Of a stretch of 64,000 bases of DNA, positions 19,603-30,509 are shown one piece after another. The position numbers and the translations under genes were made by a program. The notes under the pieces were generated by a model. That model saw nothing but the letters and a program-made list of their open reading frames with translations, searched no databases and was not told where the DNA came from. The DNA comes from Terriglobia bacterium. GTDB taxonomy: Bacteria; Acidobacteriota; Terriglobia; 20CM-2-55-15. Where the stretch lies: NCBI GenBank assembly GCA_965247425.1, contig OZ252023.1:1242917-1306916 (forward strand), read 5' to 3'. Position 1 is the first letter of the stretch. Every line of letters begins with the position of its first letter.

Positions 19603-22020
19603 ATGATCGATTTGCTCCAGGACATCCGATACAGCCTTCGCGTACTCGCCGCCAGGCCCGGTTTCACCCTGGTCGCGGTCCTGACTCTCGCACTGGGAAT
19701 AGGCGCGAACACTGCGATTTTCAGCGTGATCAACACGGTCCTGCTTCAACCGTTGCCCTTCTCCGAGCCCGACCGCTTGACCCTCATGTGGACCATGACC
19801 GAGGAAGATCCGGAGTCGGCGGTATCCTGGCTGGACTTCGTTGATTGGAAAGATCAGAGCGAGGCGTACGAGGCCATGGCGGTGTACCGCCGCGAGAATC
19901 CACCCTGACAGGTGTCGGAGTCGCCGAAAGGCTGCTCGGAGCCAAGGTGTCGGCTGGCTTCTTCGGGCTCCTTGGCCAGTCGATCGAGCTCGGGCGACCC
20001 TTCACGGCCGGAGAAGACGAGGATGGTGCCGAGAGGGTCACGGTGATCAGCCACAGTGTCTGGCAGACCCGTTTCGGCGGAGCCGCCGACGTCATTGGCC
20101 GTTCGATCGGGCTGAACGGGGAGCCGACTACAGTGGTGGGCGTCTTGCCGGTGGGCTTTCGTTTCCCCGCGGACCTGGGTGACACGGAGATCTGGACGAC
20201 AATGGCCGGGGATTCGTTCAAAACGGAACGTGGAACCCGGACCCTCCGAGCCGTGGGCCGATTGAAGGCCGACGTCTCGATCGAACAGGCTCAGGCCGAG
20301 ATGGATGAGATTGCGGGGCGACTGGAGGAGGTTTACGAAGGAAAGGTCGGACGGGGCATTTATGTTGTGGGTTTGCATGACCAGTTGGTGAGCGACTCCC
20401 GGCCCGCGTTGTTGATCCTGTTTGCGGCCGTGGGAGCCGTCCTTCTGATCGCATGCGCCAACCTGGCCAACTTGCTTCTGGCGAGAGGCGCGGACCGGCA
20501 ACGCGAATTCTCGGTTCGGGCGGCACTTGGCGCGGGTCGCTGGAGAATTGCCCGCCAGTTGCTCACCGAGAGTACGGCGATCGGCCTGATGGGAGGAGGG
20601 TTGGCTCTCCTGTTCGCACTCTGGGGCCTGGACGGGCTACAGGCCATGATTCCCGAGGAACTCGTCGCGGTTGGGAACCTCCAACTCGATCGAACCGTCC
20701 TGGGTTTCGCTCTTGGCCTGTCCCTGGCGACGGGACTGATCTTTGGTTTGTTGCCTGCGCTGGCCGCTGCGAATCCCGATCTGATTCAAGGACTGAAGGA
20801 AGGAATTCGCGGGACGGATGGACGCTCCCGTACTCGTTTGCGCAGTGTCCTGGTGGTTGCCGAAGTCAGCATGGCGGCTGTCCTTCTGGTCGGCGCGGGC
20901 TTGCTCCTGCGTAGCTTCTGGGTTCTGACATCGGTGGAACCCGGCTTTGATCCGAACAATGCGCTGACCTTCCAGATGTCCATGCCCTTTGCCCTCGACA
21001 CCATCAATGACGAGCGAGCGGGCTTTTACGACGAGGTTTTGGCCACCATCGGGGAGATTTCAGGCGTGGAGTCGGCCGCGGCCATCACGATCCTTCCAAT
21101 GGAAGGCGGCGAAATCGGCGCCGGTCTGGAAATCGTCGGCCGGCCGGTTCCGGCCGGTGATCGTCCATCGGTCCGATACAATTCGGTCACACCCGGCTAC
21201 TTCGGAACGATGCGAATACCTCTGGTACGGGTACGTGACTTCGAAGGGAGCGACTCCCGCGGCCGACCCGGTGTCGCGGTGATCAACCGTGCCCTGGCCG
21301 ATCGATTCTGGCCCGACGGGGATCCGATTGGTGAGACTCTGGATCCGGCGATTTCCTTCGACCTCGAGGGCGAACCGGAAGTATTCGAAGTGGTGGGCAT
21401 CGTCGAGAACGTCCACGAAAGGGACCTGGCTTCGGAAGCTCGGCCGCAGATGTATTTTTCATACCGGCAGCACACCTTCCCGTTCATGAGCTTTGTCGTT
21501 CGGACCCAGACGGACGCGGCGTCGTTGATCGGTCCAATCCGGGACGCCGTGGGAACGGTGGACATGGACCAACCGATTTTCGACATCCGGACGATGGACG
21601 AATACCTGGCCCGGACGATGACTTCGCGCCGCTATCCGATGATCCTGCTTGGCATGTTCGCAGGCCTCGCGCTGCTGCTGGCGCTGGTCGGTATTTACGG
21701 GGTGATCTCTTACTCGGTCGGGCAGAAGACGCATGAGATCGGGATTCGCATGGCGTTGGGTGCGGCCCGGCGCGACATCCTGACGCTGGTTCTCGCCGAA
21801 GGCCTGCGCCTGGCGCTTGCAGGAGTCGGCATCGGCGTCGTTTTGGCGCTGGGACTCACCCGGTTCCTGTCCAGCCTGCTGTTTGGCGTCGGCGCAACGG
21901 ATCCGGTGGCGTTCACCGGCGTGCCGGTCATCCTGGCGGTCGTGGCTCTGATCGCGTGTCTGGTCCCGGCGATTCGGGCCGTTGGCGTCGAGCCGATGGT
22001 TTCTCTCAGAAACGAAATAG
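19603..22020 (+). CDS. ADOP-family (acidobacterial duplicated orphan permease, MacB/FtsX-like) permease, unit A; frameshifted near the 5' end
   Basis: N-terminal [41 protein letters not shown]. Frame shifts at about nt 19890 (..YRRENPP* then ..[12 protein letters not shown]); restoring one C in a cc run gives ENPTLTG. The C-terminus ...PMVSLRNE is typical; an extra A at about 22019 removes the natural TAG. Confidence 0.75.
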
Positions 22021-22041
22021 GGATCAATCAAGGAGCAGCCG

Positions 22042-24443
22042 GTGGGTTTCATACAGGACATCGATACGGTCTCCGCGTTCTGGCTGCCCGTCAGGCTTTT
22101 ACGCTGGTGGTGGCGCTGACGCTCGGTCTTGGCATCGGGGCCAACACCGCGATCTTCAGTCTGGTCAATGGGCTCTGGCTGCAACCGCTCGAGTATGAAG
22201 ATCCGGACGAATTGGTTCACCTGTGGAAGATTCGCACCGAAGGCGGCCTGGAAAGTACGACTCGATTTTCCGAGCGTGACTTCTATGAATGGCGTAGCCG
22301 GAACCAGTCGTTCGAAGACCTCGGCGTCTACGATTTCACGAGCGTGAACCTGACCGGCCTGGACGAACCCGAGAGGATCCGGGCCGCGCGGGTCTCAGTC
22401 GGTTTCCTTCGCGCACTGGGCGTCAGGCCGGCCATCGGCCGGCTGTTTCTTCAGGAAGAGGAAATGCCCACCTCAAATCGAGTCGTGATCTTGTCTGACG
22501 CGTTCTGGCAGAGTCGATTCGGATCGGACGAGAGCGTTCTAGGCCAGGAAATTACTTTAAGTCAAGCCCCTCACACCGTAATCGGTGTTCTATCGGCCAA
22601 TTTCGACTTCGCCGGTCAGGATGTGGGCCTCTGGCTTCCGATCCTGATGGATCCAGCAGCCCTCGGAGTCGGCCAGCGTTTGCGTGCCGTTGGACGGCTC
22701 AAGGACGGCGTGTCGATCCAGGAGGCCGAGGCCGACATGCAAACGCTCGCCGGCCCTATTGCGGAGCTGTTCCCTGAGACGAATACCGACTGGACCATCA
22801 TGCTCGTGCCGCTCTACGACGAGATCGTGCGCGAGGCTCGGGCCCCGTCGTTGATGCTGCTCGGGGCTGTCGGTTTCGTCTTGTTGATCGCCTGCGTGAA
22901 CGTCGCCAACCTGATGCTGGCGCGGGGGGCGACCCGGCGGCAGGAGATCGCGGTCCGTGCCGCTCTGGGCGCAGGACGTGGACGGCTGATCCGACAGGTG
23001 TTGACCGAGAGCAGCCTGATCGGCCTGCTCGGTGGCGCCGTGGGTTTCATCTGGGCCTTGTGGGCCGTCGACTTCATGGTCGCCGCTCTCCCGGCCGGGA
23101 CACCGAGACTCGACGAAGTCCGAATTGATTTCACGGTCTTCATGTTCACTCTTGGACTGTCTCTGGCGACGAGCCTCTTCTTTGGCATGGTACCGGCGCT
23201 GCAGTCTTCGCGAACAGGGCTGACTGATTCTCTCAAGAACGGGCAGTCGCGGATGGTGAGCCCGGACAAGCATCGCTTCCTGCGCGTTCTGATCGTGGCC
23301 GAGGTTGCCCTGGCCCTGGTCCTGCTCGTCGGCGCCGGCTTGATGACTCGCAGCCTGATTACCCTACTCCGGGTCGATCCCGGATTCGACGTCGAGAATA
23401 CGATGGCCATGGAGATCTCCCTGCCGCAAGCCTCCTATCCCGATGGGGCGTCCTGGAGACAGTTCTTTGGGCAATTGCAGGAACGAGTCGAGAATATTGC
23501 GGGGGTGTCATCGGCAGGCCTGGTCCAGTTTATTCCCCTTGGGTCGAGCTGGAGCACTGCGTCCTTTGTCATCGAAGGACGTCCCGCGCCTGTAATGAAC
23601 GACAGGCCTTCGGCGATCATCAACAGAGTCAGCTCTGGATACTTCGACACGTTGCAGGTCCCGCTTCTTCGCGGCCGACTCTTCGACGCGCGCGACAACG
23701 AGGACGCCGAGGCCGTGATGATCATCAGCAACAACCTCGCCCAGCGTTTCTGGCCTGATCAGGACCCCATCGGAGAAAGGATCGAATTTGGGGGCACGGG
23801 AATGCCGATGACGGTGATTGGCGTTGTGGGCGACGTGCATGCCCGGGGAATCGACAGAGATTCGCCGATGGTCACTTATGATCATTTGCGTCAGTTGCCT
23901 TTTCCCAGGATTGTTCTTACCGCTCGCTCGAACATGGACTCTGCCGGGCTGGCTTCGGTCATGCGTCGCGAAGTCCTGGCACTCGATCCGGATCAATCTG
24001 TCTTCAACGTTCGGACGATGGGAGACCTGCGCGAGCAAGACTTGATGGGCGCGCGACTGATCGTCAACCTGGTTGCGGGCTTTGCCGTGCTGGCGCTGGT
24101 TCTGGCCGTGGTCGGCTTCTATGGCGTCCTGTCTTATATCAACGCCCAACGTTTCCGCGAAGTCGGTGTCCGCGTGGCCCTTGGAGCGCACCGTCGCGAC
24201 ATACTCCGGTTGCTGATCGGCGAGGGACTGCGGTTGACGTCGATCGGCGTCGGTATCGGGTTGGTCGGTGCTTTCGGCCTCGGCCGACTTCTGGTCAGCC
24301 TGCTGTTTGGAGTCAGTCCGACCGACCTGGTCACCTTCATTGGCCTTCCGATTCTGATGATCACCGTCGCATTCCTGGCCAGCTACCTCGCGGCCCGCCG
24401 AGCCACACGATTGGACCCCATGGTCGTCCTCCGAGCCGACTGA
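22042..24443 (+). CDS. ADOP-family permease, unit B (tandem paralog); apparent in-frame fusion to unit A is probably an artefact
   Basis: SD AAGGAG then GTG 22042 reads VGFIQDI(R)YGLRVLAARQAFTLVVALTL only if one C is restored in atc(c)gatac at about 22068. As given, the frame continues from unit A, giving the 1532-aa ORF in the track. C-terminus ...DPMVVLRAD*. Confidence 0.7.
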
Positions 24444-24468
24444 TTGGCGATTCCAGGTAGGGAGTCGT

Positions 24469-24638
24469 CAACGCAAGGACGCAAAGAACGCGAAGTGTGA
24501 TTCTCCTACCTTGCTACGTGGCCTGCGTTTTCGCCGCATTGAAACGACAACCTGCGCATGGCAGGAAGGCACAGGCCAATCGGACATCTCCAAAGACAAA
24601 AGACTCTGGCCCTCTGCGTCTTTGCGCCTTTGCGTTGA
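24469..24638. repeat. REP/MITE-like palindromic element, family 3, copy 2
   Basis: Arms caacgcaaggacgcaaagaacgcgaag ... ctctgcgtctttgcgcctttgcgttgaa flank about 115 bp. The element begins 26 nt after the unit-B stop. Confidence 0.6.
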
Positions 24639-24654
24639 AAAAAATGTGTCAGTT

Positions 24655-25722
24655 TCTCTGTCCTTCACCTTCAGGGCGTCCCTATCCGGTGACCGGAAAC
24701 GCTACCTGGAACCCAGCGGTTATTCGCCCGAGCAGGGCCGTGGGTTCTATCGAAGGTTGCTCGATCAGGTGCGAGCACTTCCCGGAGTCGTCTCGGCAAC
24801 CTACTCCCGGCGGCCCCCACTGTCTATGAGAGGCGGCAGCATCCTCGGCATCAGCGAGATCGAGGGCTACCGGTTCGGACCGGACGAGCGAATGGTGTCC
24901 CTGTATGACGCGGTCGGTCCGGCATACTTCGAAACAATGGAGATCCCGTTACTTTACGGGCGCGACTTCCATACCGGAGATCGAGACGGCAACAGCGAGA
25001 TCGTCATAGTCAATCAGATGTTCGCCGAGCGTTTCTGGCCGGGGGAGAATCCGGTGGGCAGACGGATTGTGGCCAACGGAGCGCCGCTCGATATCGTCGG
25101 CGTCGCCGGGAACGTCAAGCATCGAACGATCGGTGAGGACAGCGCCTTCTTTCTTTACGGAACGCTGCAGCAGGTGTACCGGCCCGACACGACGCTGATC
25201 GTACGGACGACAGGCGATCCGACCCTGCTGACGGCCGCGTCGCGAGCCGAGATCCGGAACCTGGACGCGAACCTCCCGGTGTTCGGAATCGTCACGATGG
25301 AGGAGCACGTCGGCCTGTCGATGCTGCCTCAGCGCATGGCTGCAGCGGGGGCGGGTGTGTTCGGCCTGCTGGCGCTTGGACTGGCCGCTCTGGGCGTCTA
25401 TGGTGTCGTCTCGTACGCGGTCGGTCTCCGCATGCGGGAGATCGGGTTGCGAGTGGCTCTCGGAGCAAAGAATGCCGATGTCTTCAGCCTGATTCTCAGG
25501 ATGGGGCTGATACCGACGATGATTGGAACGCTCCTTGGTGGGATCGCCGCCTTTGGAGTCACGCGGTTTATGGAAGGCCTGCTCTTCGGCGTATCCCCCA
25601 CGGACCCGGTGACGTTCGTCGTCATCGGCACGCTCCTGCCGGTGGTGGCAGCGGCGGCGTCGTTCGTTCCCGCGCTGCGGGCGATGAGGGTGGACCCTCA
25701 AATCACGCTACGGCACGAATGA
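24655..25722 (+). pseudogene. 5'-truncated ADOP permease (C-terminal half only: second periplasmic domain plus FtsX transmembrane bundle)
   Basis: Homology to ADOP starts right after the family-3 repeat (...GFYRRLLDQVRALPGV...). The N-terminal transmembrane helix and first half are missing. C-terminus ...DPQITLRHE* is canonical. Confidence 0.65.
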
Positions 25723-25844
25723 AACAACTCCTGGCGAACCATGGAGCGTGTCTCTTCCTCACGGATTGACCGACAAAGGGGATTCGGACTACCATCCGCT
25801 TTCCGATATTCCCCGGAGTTGGACTTCCGAAAGGGACACGCGTC

Positions 25845-26255
25845 ATGTTTGAAACCAGAATACAGACCTATTGGGCGGATTCCGATGCCGCTGGCATCGC
25901 TTACTTCTCACATTTTTTTCGATTCGTAGAGTCTGCTGAAGAAGATCTCTTCCGCGCGGCCGGCTCGGACCGGCAACTCGTTCTGGATGAGCAACAGGTT
26001 TGGTTGCCGCGAGTGGAGTCGTTTGCGAAGTTCCGGAAACCGATCAAGGTCGGTAGCGCGATTCTTGTGCGCCTCCACGCGGAGTTCCAAGGCTCGAAGA
26101 CCGTCAAGTGCCGTTTCGAGATCTTCGAAGCGGAACAGCGCGAACTACTGGCGGAAGGATACGTCACCGTCGTCTGTGTCAGTCGCAGTGGGTTCAAGGG
26201 CATCCCGATGCCTCGGCCGATCCGGCGGGTATTCGAGACGGCCAACCTTTCCTGA
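25845..26255 (+). CDS. Acyl-CoA thioesterase, hotdog fold (YbgC / 4HBT family)
   Basis: 136 aa with a 4HBT-like pattern (YWADSDAAGIAYFSHFFRFVESAEEDLFRAAG). Confidence 0.7.
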   Translation: MFETRIQTYWADSDAAGIAYFSHFFRFVESAEEDLFRAAGSDRQLVLDEQQVWLPRVESFAKFRKPIKVGSAILVRLHAEFQGSKTVKCRFEIFEAEQRELLAEGYVTVVCVSRSGFKGIPMPRPIRRVFETANLS

Positions 26256-26361
26256 TGCCGAGCAGGCTCCTAGCCCGAAGTTCCGGAACGCCAGGGACGT
26301 AAGTATCCGCAGCGATTTGGGTTTCGCGGAATCAGAGTGTGCGGGACTGGGAACAGCCCGA

Positions 26362-26703
26362 TCAAAGAGCCAGCTTAACGCCCAGTAGGTCCAGGGCCCG
26401 CTGCTGTAGGGATGTAGGTCGGGTGGTCTTCTGGAACGAGGGCGCGTCGATCGTTGTGTGAGTGCAGGTGTTGCGAACGATCGATCCGAGGTCGGCGAGT
26501 AGTGTTCGGAAGCTGTGAACGGGCTGGCCGTCGTGGGTCCGCTTGGCGCGGCTTTGGCGCGGGCCATGGAGGCGACTGCGGCTGATTTCGAAGGCGTCTC
26601 CCGGGTTGGTGCCCGCGGGAGCGCCCTGGAGCACGGCCCGGAGCGCATCGATCTTTCCCTGAGGCCAATCACTCAGATTAGCGAGCGTCCGTTTGCGACA
26701 CAC
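26362..26703 (-). CDS. Hypothetical protein (113 aa), possibly a mobile-element remnant
   Basis: ORF in a lower-GC patch next to the TA pair. No family was recognised. Confidence 0.25.
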   Translation of the reverse strand: MCRKRTLANLSDWPQGKIDALRAVLQGAPAGTNPGDAFEISRSRLHGPRQSRAKRTHDGQPVHSFRTLLADLGSIVRNTCTHTTIDAPSFQKTTRPTSLQQRALDLLGVKLAL

Positions 26704-27112
26704 GCTGCCGGATGCTCGCTCGTTTTTGATGGATAGGGAGACGTTGGGCGCTTACAGCTTACTCTGGGGCCAGGAACCTCAGGAAAAGCGGTATACCGGC
26801 GAGCCCTCCCGGCTTAGTCCGGATGAATATGCTCTCTTCGACGACCTGCGCCATAACCGGATTGGCGAGCGGGTACGCCTAGAGCAGGAACGGATAAGCT
26901 ATGGCTATCTCGAACGAGTATTGCGGAACATCTTTCGTCAGACAGGATCCACATGACCCACCTCATCGACGACACCAACGTATGGCTTGTTCGGATGCAA
27001 AGTCCCGACGGTAGGGTCCACGCTTTTTCGGCATCTGCCATATAATGGATTGGTGCTGGCTCCGCTTGACGGGCGCTGCACCGATGCTAACCTAAGTCCA
27101 AGGAGGTGCTCC

Positions 27113-27355
27113 TTGAAAAACTACGCTTTTAATGTCGTCGTGGAGGATGACGAGTACGAGGATGGGCGCCCCGCGTTTCGGGCGTACTGTCCCGCGCTTG
27201 AATCCATCGGGGCTTCAACGTCGGGTGACACTCGCGAAGAAGCAGTGAAGAACATCCAAGAAGTTCTCCGGATGATCGTGGACGAACTCGCCGAAGAAGG
27301 GAAAGAGATCCCGCCAGACGCCCTCTCATCTGATGCCGTAGTGGTGAGCGTTTGA
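27113..27355 (+). CDS. hicB: HicB-family antitoxin (type II toxin-antitoxin)
   Basis: SD aaggagg then TTG 27113. 80 aa with a UPF0150/HicB-like sequence (NYAFNVVVEDDEYEDGRPAFRAYCPAL...EEAVKNIQEVL). Confidence 0.65.
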   Translation: MKNYAFNVVVEDDEYEDGRPAFRAYCPALESIGASTSGDTREEAVKNIQEVLRMIVDELAEEGKEIPPDALSSDAVVVSV

Positions 27356-27582
27356 AACGGGGCATTACCGCCCGCCTCCTTATCAAAGCTCTCAAGAAAG
27401 ACGGATTCACTCACGTCCGAACGGACGGGAGCCACCGCAGGTTCCGACATTCAGACGGCCGGAGAGTAACCGTTTCCTACCACAAAGTATCCTCTACTTT
27501 CACGATCAAGACGCTACGCAGTATTGTCTTCAAGCAAGTCCGATGGAACGATGACGACTTACGACGACACAATTTCTTGTGA
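27352..27582 (+). CDS. hicA: HicA-family mRNA interferase toxin
   Basis: TTG start overlapping the hicB stop (TTGA). LIKALKKDGFTHVRTDGSHRRFRHSDGRRVTV matches the HicA/YcfA signature. Confidence 0.7.
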   Translation: MKRGITARLLIKALKKDGFTHVRTDGSHRRFRHSDGRRVTVSYHKVSSTFTIKTLRSIVFKQVRWNDDDLRRHNFL

Positions 27583-27627
27583 CCGGCTGTCAGGCGTTTC
27601 TGCTCTACGGCAATCATGACGCGAAAG

Positions 27628-28377
27628 TCAGATCACACGTCGTCTGAGCCTTCCGACTAGCCCTAGAATGACCTCCAGCGTTTCGATGGTTGGCAGGAAC
27701 GACCGTAACTCGGAGACTGCGTTTCCGACGGGCGCTTCTCTGCCGTTTGGGTTGTACCAGACGGGACGGATGCCCGCACCCATCGCGCCCACGACGTCGA
27801 CCTCCCAGGAATCCCCGACCATCACTGCCTGTTCCGGTGAAGCACCCGCCATTCGAAGGGCCTGGTCGAACATCTCCGGTGCCGGTTTCGGGTGTTCGGT
27901 TTCCTCGGACGTCACCATGAAGTCGATCAACGGGTCGAGTTTGCAGTGGGCGAGTTTGGAGCGCTGCTCGATGACGAAATTGTTCGTCACGATGCCTATG
28001 GGGACCCGGGTCCCCAGACATTCGAGAAGTTCGATAGACCCGGCCATGGCGCGCCTTGAGGCGCGATAGACCTCGCGGTACCGTCCGGCCGCAGCCTCCA
28101 CCTCACCTGGAGCGAGTGACGCCCCACACCATTCGGCCAACAGGCGGAATCGTTCAATGCGACCCTCAGCCTGGGTCAAGAGGCCGGCCAGCACCTTCCG
28201 GTGAGTGCGGTTCAAGATTTCAAAAGCCGCACTTTCAAGTTCGTCGACTCCCCGCGCCCGGAAGGCGTGGTATTCGTTCCGGAGAGTGACGAGTCCGCAA
28301 CGACTGGCATGCCGGTGGTCGAAGAGCGTGTCATCCAGATCGAAGAGCACCAGGCGCGTTTCATTCATTCCCTGCAT
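27628..28377 (-). CDS. HAD-superfamily hydrolase (subfamily IA)
   Basis: Motif I LVLFDLDDTLFDH, motif III GIVTNN, motif IV MVGDSWEVDVVGAMGAG. The start was chosen at an internal Met at nt 28377; the track ORF extends to 28458. Confidence 0.75.
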   Translation of the reverse strand: MQGMNETRLVLFDLDDTLFDHRHASRCGLVTLRNEYHAFRARGVDELESAAFEILNRTHRKVLAGLLTQAEGRIERFRLLAEWCGASLAPGEVEAAAGRYREVYRASRRAMAGSIELLECLGTRVPIGIVTNNFVIEQRSKLAHCKLDPLIDFMVTSEETEHPKPAPEMFDQALRMAGASPEQAVMVGDSWEVDVVGAMGAGIRPVWYNPNGREAPVGNAVSELRSFLPTIETLEVILGLVGRLRRRVI

Positions 28378-28488
28378 TATATGGGAGCCGTCCGAACGGC
28401 TGCGATGTCTCACCCGCGGAAGACGGCGACAACCTCGTTGCATGCGGACGGCGAACATGCGATTCTAACGACCCCGTAAGGGTGAATC

Positions 28489-29739
28489 ATGCCGCGCAAG
28501 AACTCCATCGAAAGCATTCGCGAGACACTGGATCTGGCGAGCCAGGAACTGAAGATCCTTCAGCAGATCAGCCACTCGATCAGTTGCAGCCTGGATCTGA
28601 ACAAGGTGTTGAAGGAAATCGTCGACCTCGTTGTGGAGGTCACCCGGTGTGATTCGTGCTTGCTCTATCTGTTGGATGAGGCGGAACCTTACCTGTTTCT
28701 TCGGGCGTCGAAGAATCCGCATCCCCGGCTGATCGGGCGAATCACGGTGAAGGTGGGGGAGGGCATCACGGGATGGGTGGCCGAGAACGCGGAACCAGTT
28801 GCCATTTCACGCAATGCCGGCAAGGATCCGCGTTTCAAGGTGTTCAACAACCTTCCCGAAGATCGGTATGAATCATTCCTGTCGGTACCGATCGTTGTCC
28901 CCCCAGACAACGTCATCGGCGTGATCAACGTGCAGCATCGAAAATCCCATCGGCACGGCGACAGGGAACAGACCTTGATCTCCATCATCGGACATCAGGT
29001 CGGCGTCGCGATCGAGAACGCGCGGTTCTATGAGGAGACCAAGCGGCGCGCCCAGCAGCTGGCCACCCTTTCACAGGTAAGTCAGATTGCGGCGTCAGGC
29101 CGATATCTGGATGAGATGCTGCAACTGATCGTCAACATGATCGCCGAGAGCATGCAGGCGCGCCTCTGCTCGATCATGCTCGTGGACAAGAAGAAGAACG
29201 AGCTGGTTCTGAAGGCAGCCAAATGCTCGAGCGAGGAATACTGGCAACGGCCGAATCTGAAGATCGGTAAGAGTCTTGTAAGCCGGGTCGTTAAACAGGG
29301 GAAACCCCTGATGGTCAAGGACGTGATCCGGGAGGCGGGCTACAGGTACACGGAACTGGCAAAGAAGGAAGGAGTCCGCTCGCTCCTGTCGGTACCGATG
29401 ATCGTCAAGGACCGCGTGATCGGCGTCGTCAACGTCTATTCGGATGAAGAAAAAGTGTTCTCCAAGGATGATCTGGGGGTGTTGTCCACTGTCTGCGATC
29501 AGGCCGCCCTCGCCATCGAGAACACGAACCTGGCTGTCGCCGTTCAGGAACGCGAGGAAGCGCTCGAATCGAGGAAAAAGGTAGAACGCGCAAAAAGCAT
29601 CCTCCAGGAGCAGTCCGGGATTTCCGAGGTTGAGGCCTATCGGCGGTTGCGTCAGCAGAGCATGAAAACGCGCCGGACGATGCGGGAGATCGCCGAGGCC
29701 GTGATCTTGTCGAGTGAAATGCAGTCCGGGTCAGTCTAG
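28489..29739 (+). CDS. GAF-GAF-ANTAR regulatory protein (RNA-binding antitermination output domain)
   Basis: Two GAF-like domains. C-terminal ANTAR domain (VERAKSILQEQSGISEVEAYRRLRQQSMKTRRTMREIAEAVI). Confidence 0.75.
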   Translation: MPRKNSIESIRETLDLASQELKILQQISHSISCSLDLNKVLKEIVDLVVEVTRCDSCLLYLLDEAEPYLFLRASKNPHPRLIGRITVKVGEGITGWVAENAEPVAISRNAGKDPRFKVFNNLPEDRYESFLSVPIVVPPDNVIGVINVQHRKSHRHGDREQTLISIIGHQVGVAIENARFYEETKRRAQQLATLSQVSQIAASGRYLDEMLQLIVNMIAESMQARLCSIMLVDKKKNELVLKAAKCSSEEYWQRPNLKIGKSLVSRVVKQGKPLMVKDVIREAGYRYTELAKKEGVRSLLSVPMIVKDRVIGVVNVYSDEEKVFSKDDLGVLSTVCDQAALAIENTNLAVAVQEREEALESRKKVERAKSILQEQSGISEVEAYRRLRQQSMKTRRTMREIAEAVILSSEMQSGSV

Positions 29740-30024
29740 TGCAGATTGACCGCCTGAGAGGATCTGGAGCTCTTCTTCGTAGTACTTACGGTACAGAATG
29801 TCCCATTCTTCGCCGCCTTCCGGAATCTGACGGACCTGAGACTCGATCTTATGCCGGGCCGCCTGATCGATTTCCTCTTCCTTCCGCAGCCACTTTGTGA
29901 GAATTTCCAGGGCCGCAAGCCGGACCGTATTGCGGTCTTCCTTGAAGACCACCTCGTCGATGTCAGCGACGGCGTCCGCGACCCGGTGCGACAGAAGGTT
30001 GATCTTGTCTCGTGACAAACGCAT
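29731..30024 (-). CDS. DUF507-family small protein
   Basis: 97 aa, MRLSRDKINLLSHRVADAVAD.... The name is from memory of DUF507 family members. Confidence 0.4.
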   Translation of the reverse strand: MRLSRDKINLLSHRVADAVADIDEVVFKEDRNTVRLAALEILTKWLRKEEEIDQAARHKIESQVRQIPEGGEEWDILYRKYYEEELQILSGGQSALD

Positions 30025-30303
30025 CTACAGCACCAGCTTCCGTTCTCGAGCGAGCTTCTTCTTGATCAGCTTGAACATTTCCTGATACGAAGCGCCGCTT
30101 TCGCGCATCTGGTTGGAATACTCGTTGAGCATCGTGCGTACTTCATCGTTCAAGCGGTCCTCGACGGTGACCTCTTCCTGAATGGCCTCGTACACCTCCT
30201 CGGTGATTGAGAAATCACTAGGGAGTTCGATCAGCTCGCGGTCGACGAGTTCTTCGGAGACTTTGTCTGCCAGGATTGCTACGAATTCTTTGCGAAGTGC
30301 CAT
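30025..30303 (-). CDS. DUF507-family small protein (tandem paralog)
   Basis: 92 aa, adjacent to and co-oriented with the previous gene. Acidic, helical. Confidence 0.4.
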   Translation of the reverse strand: MALRKEFVAILADKVSEELVDRELIELPSDFSITEEVYEAIQEEVTVEDRLNDEVRTMLNEYSNQMRESGASYQEMFKLIKKKLARERKLVL

Positions 30304-30509
30304 AAGTCAATGAGTACTCTTCGAGCCTCGATCGAACCATCTAATATCCCACAACTCGATTGGTTTTTCAACAGCGCCTCTACCAGAACCGGCCTCAATA
30401 CACCGCGAATCCCACTATTTACGGGCCTTTCGGCACTTCTGGCGTCGGAGTGAGGTTTTTCCTTCGGACAGCCGAGCCTTGAACCGCACCGCGTAGGACC
30501 CTGTTGAAT

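Noticed and set aside
19845-24443. A genuine 1532-aa giant fused permease
   Set aside because: The junction contains a stop, SD and GTG start in the adjacent frame, and two single-base corrections restore canonical termini of both units. Treated as two genes with likely consensus errors.
26145-26703. Transposase gene next to hicBA
   Set aside because: The 113-aa ORF has no recognisable DDE, HTH or HUH motif. It is listed only as a hypothetical or possible remnant.
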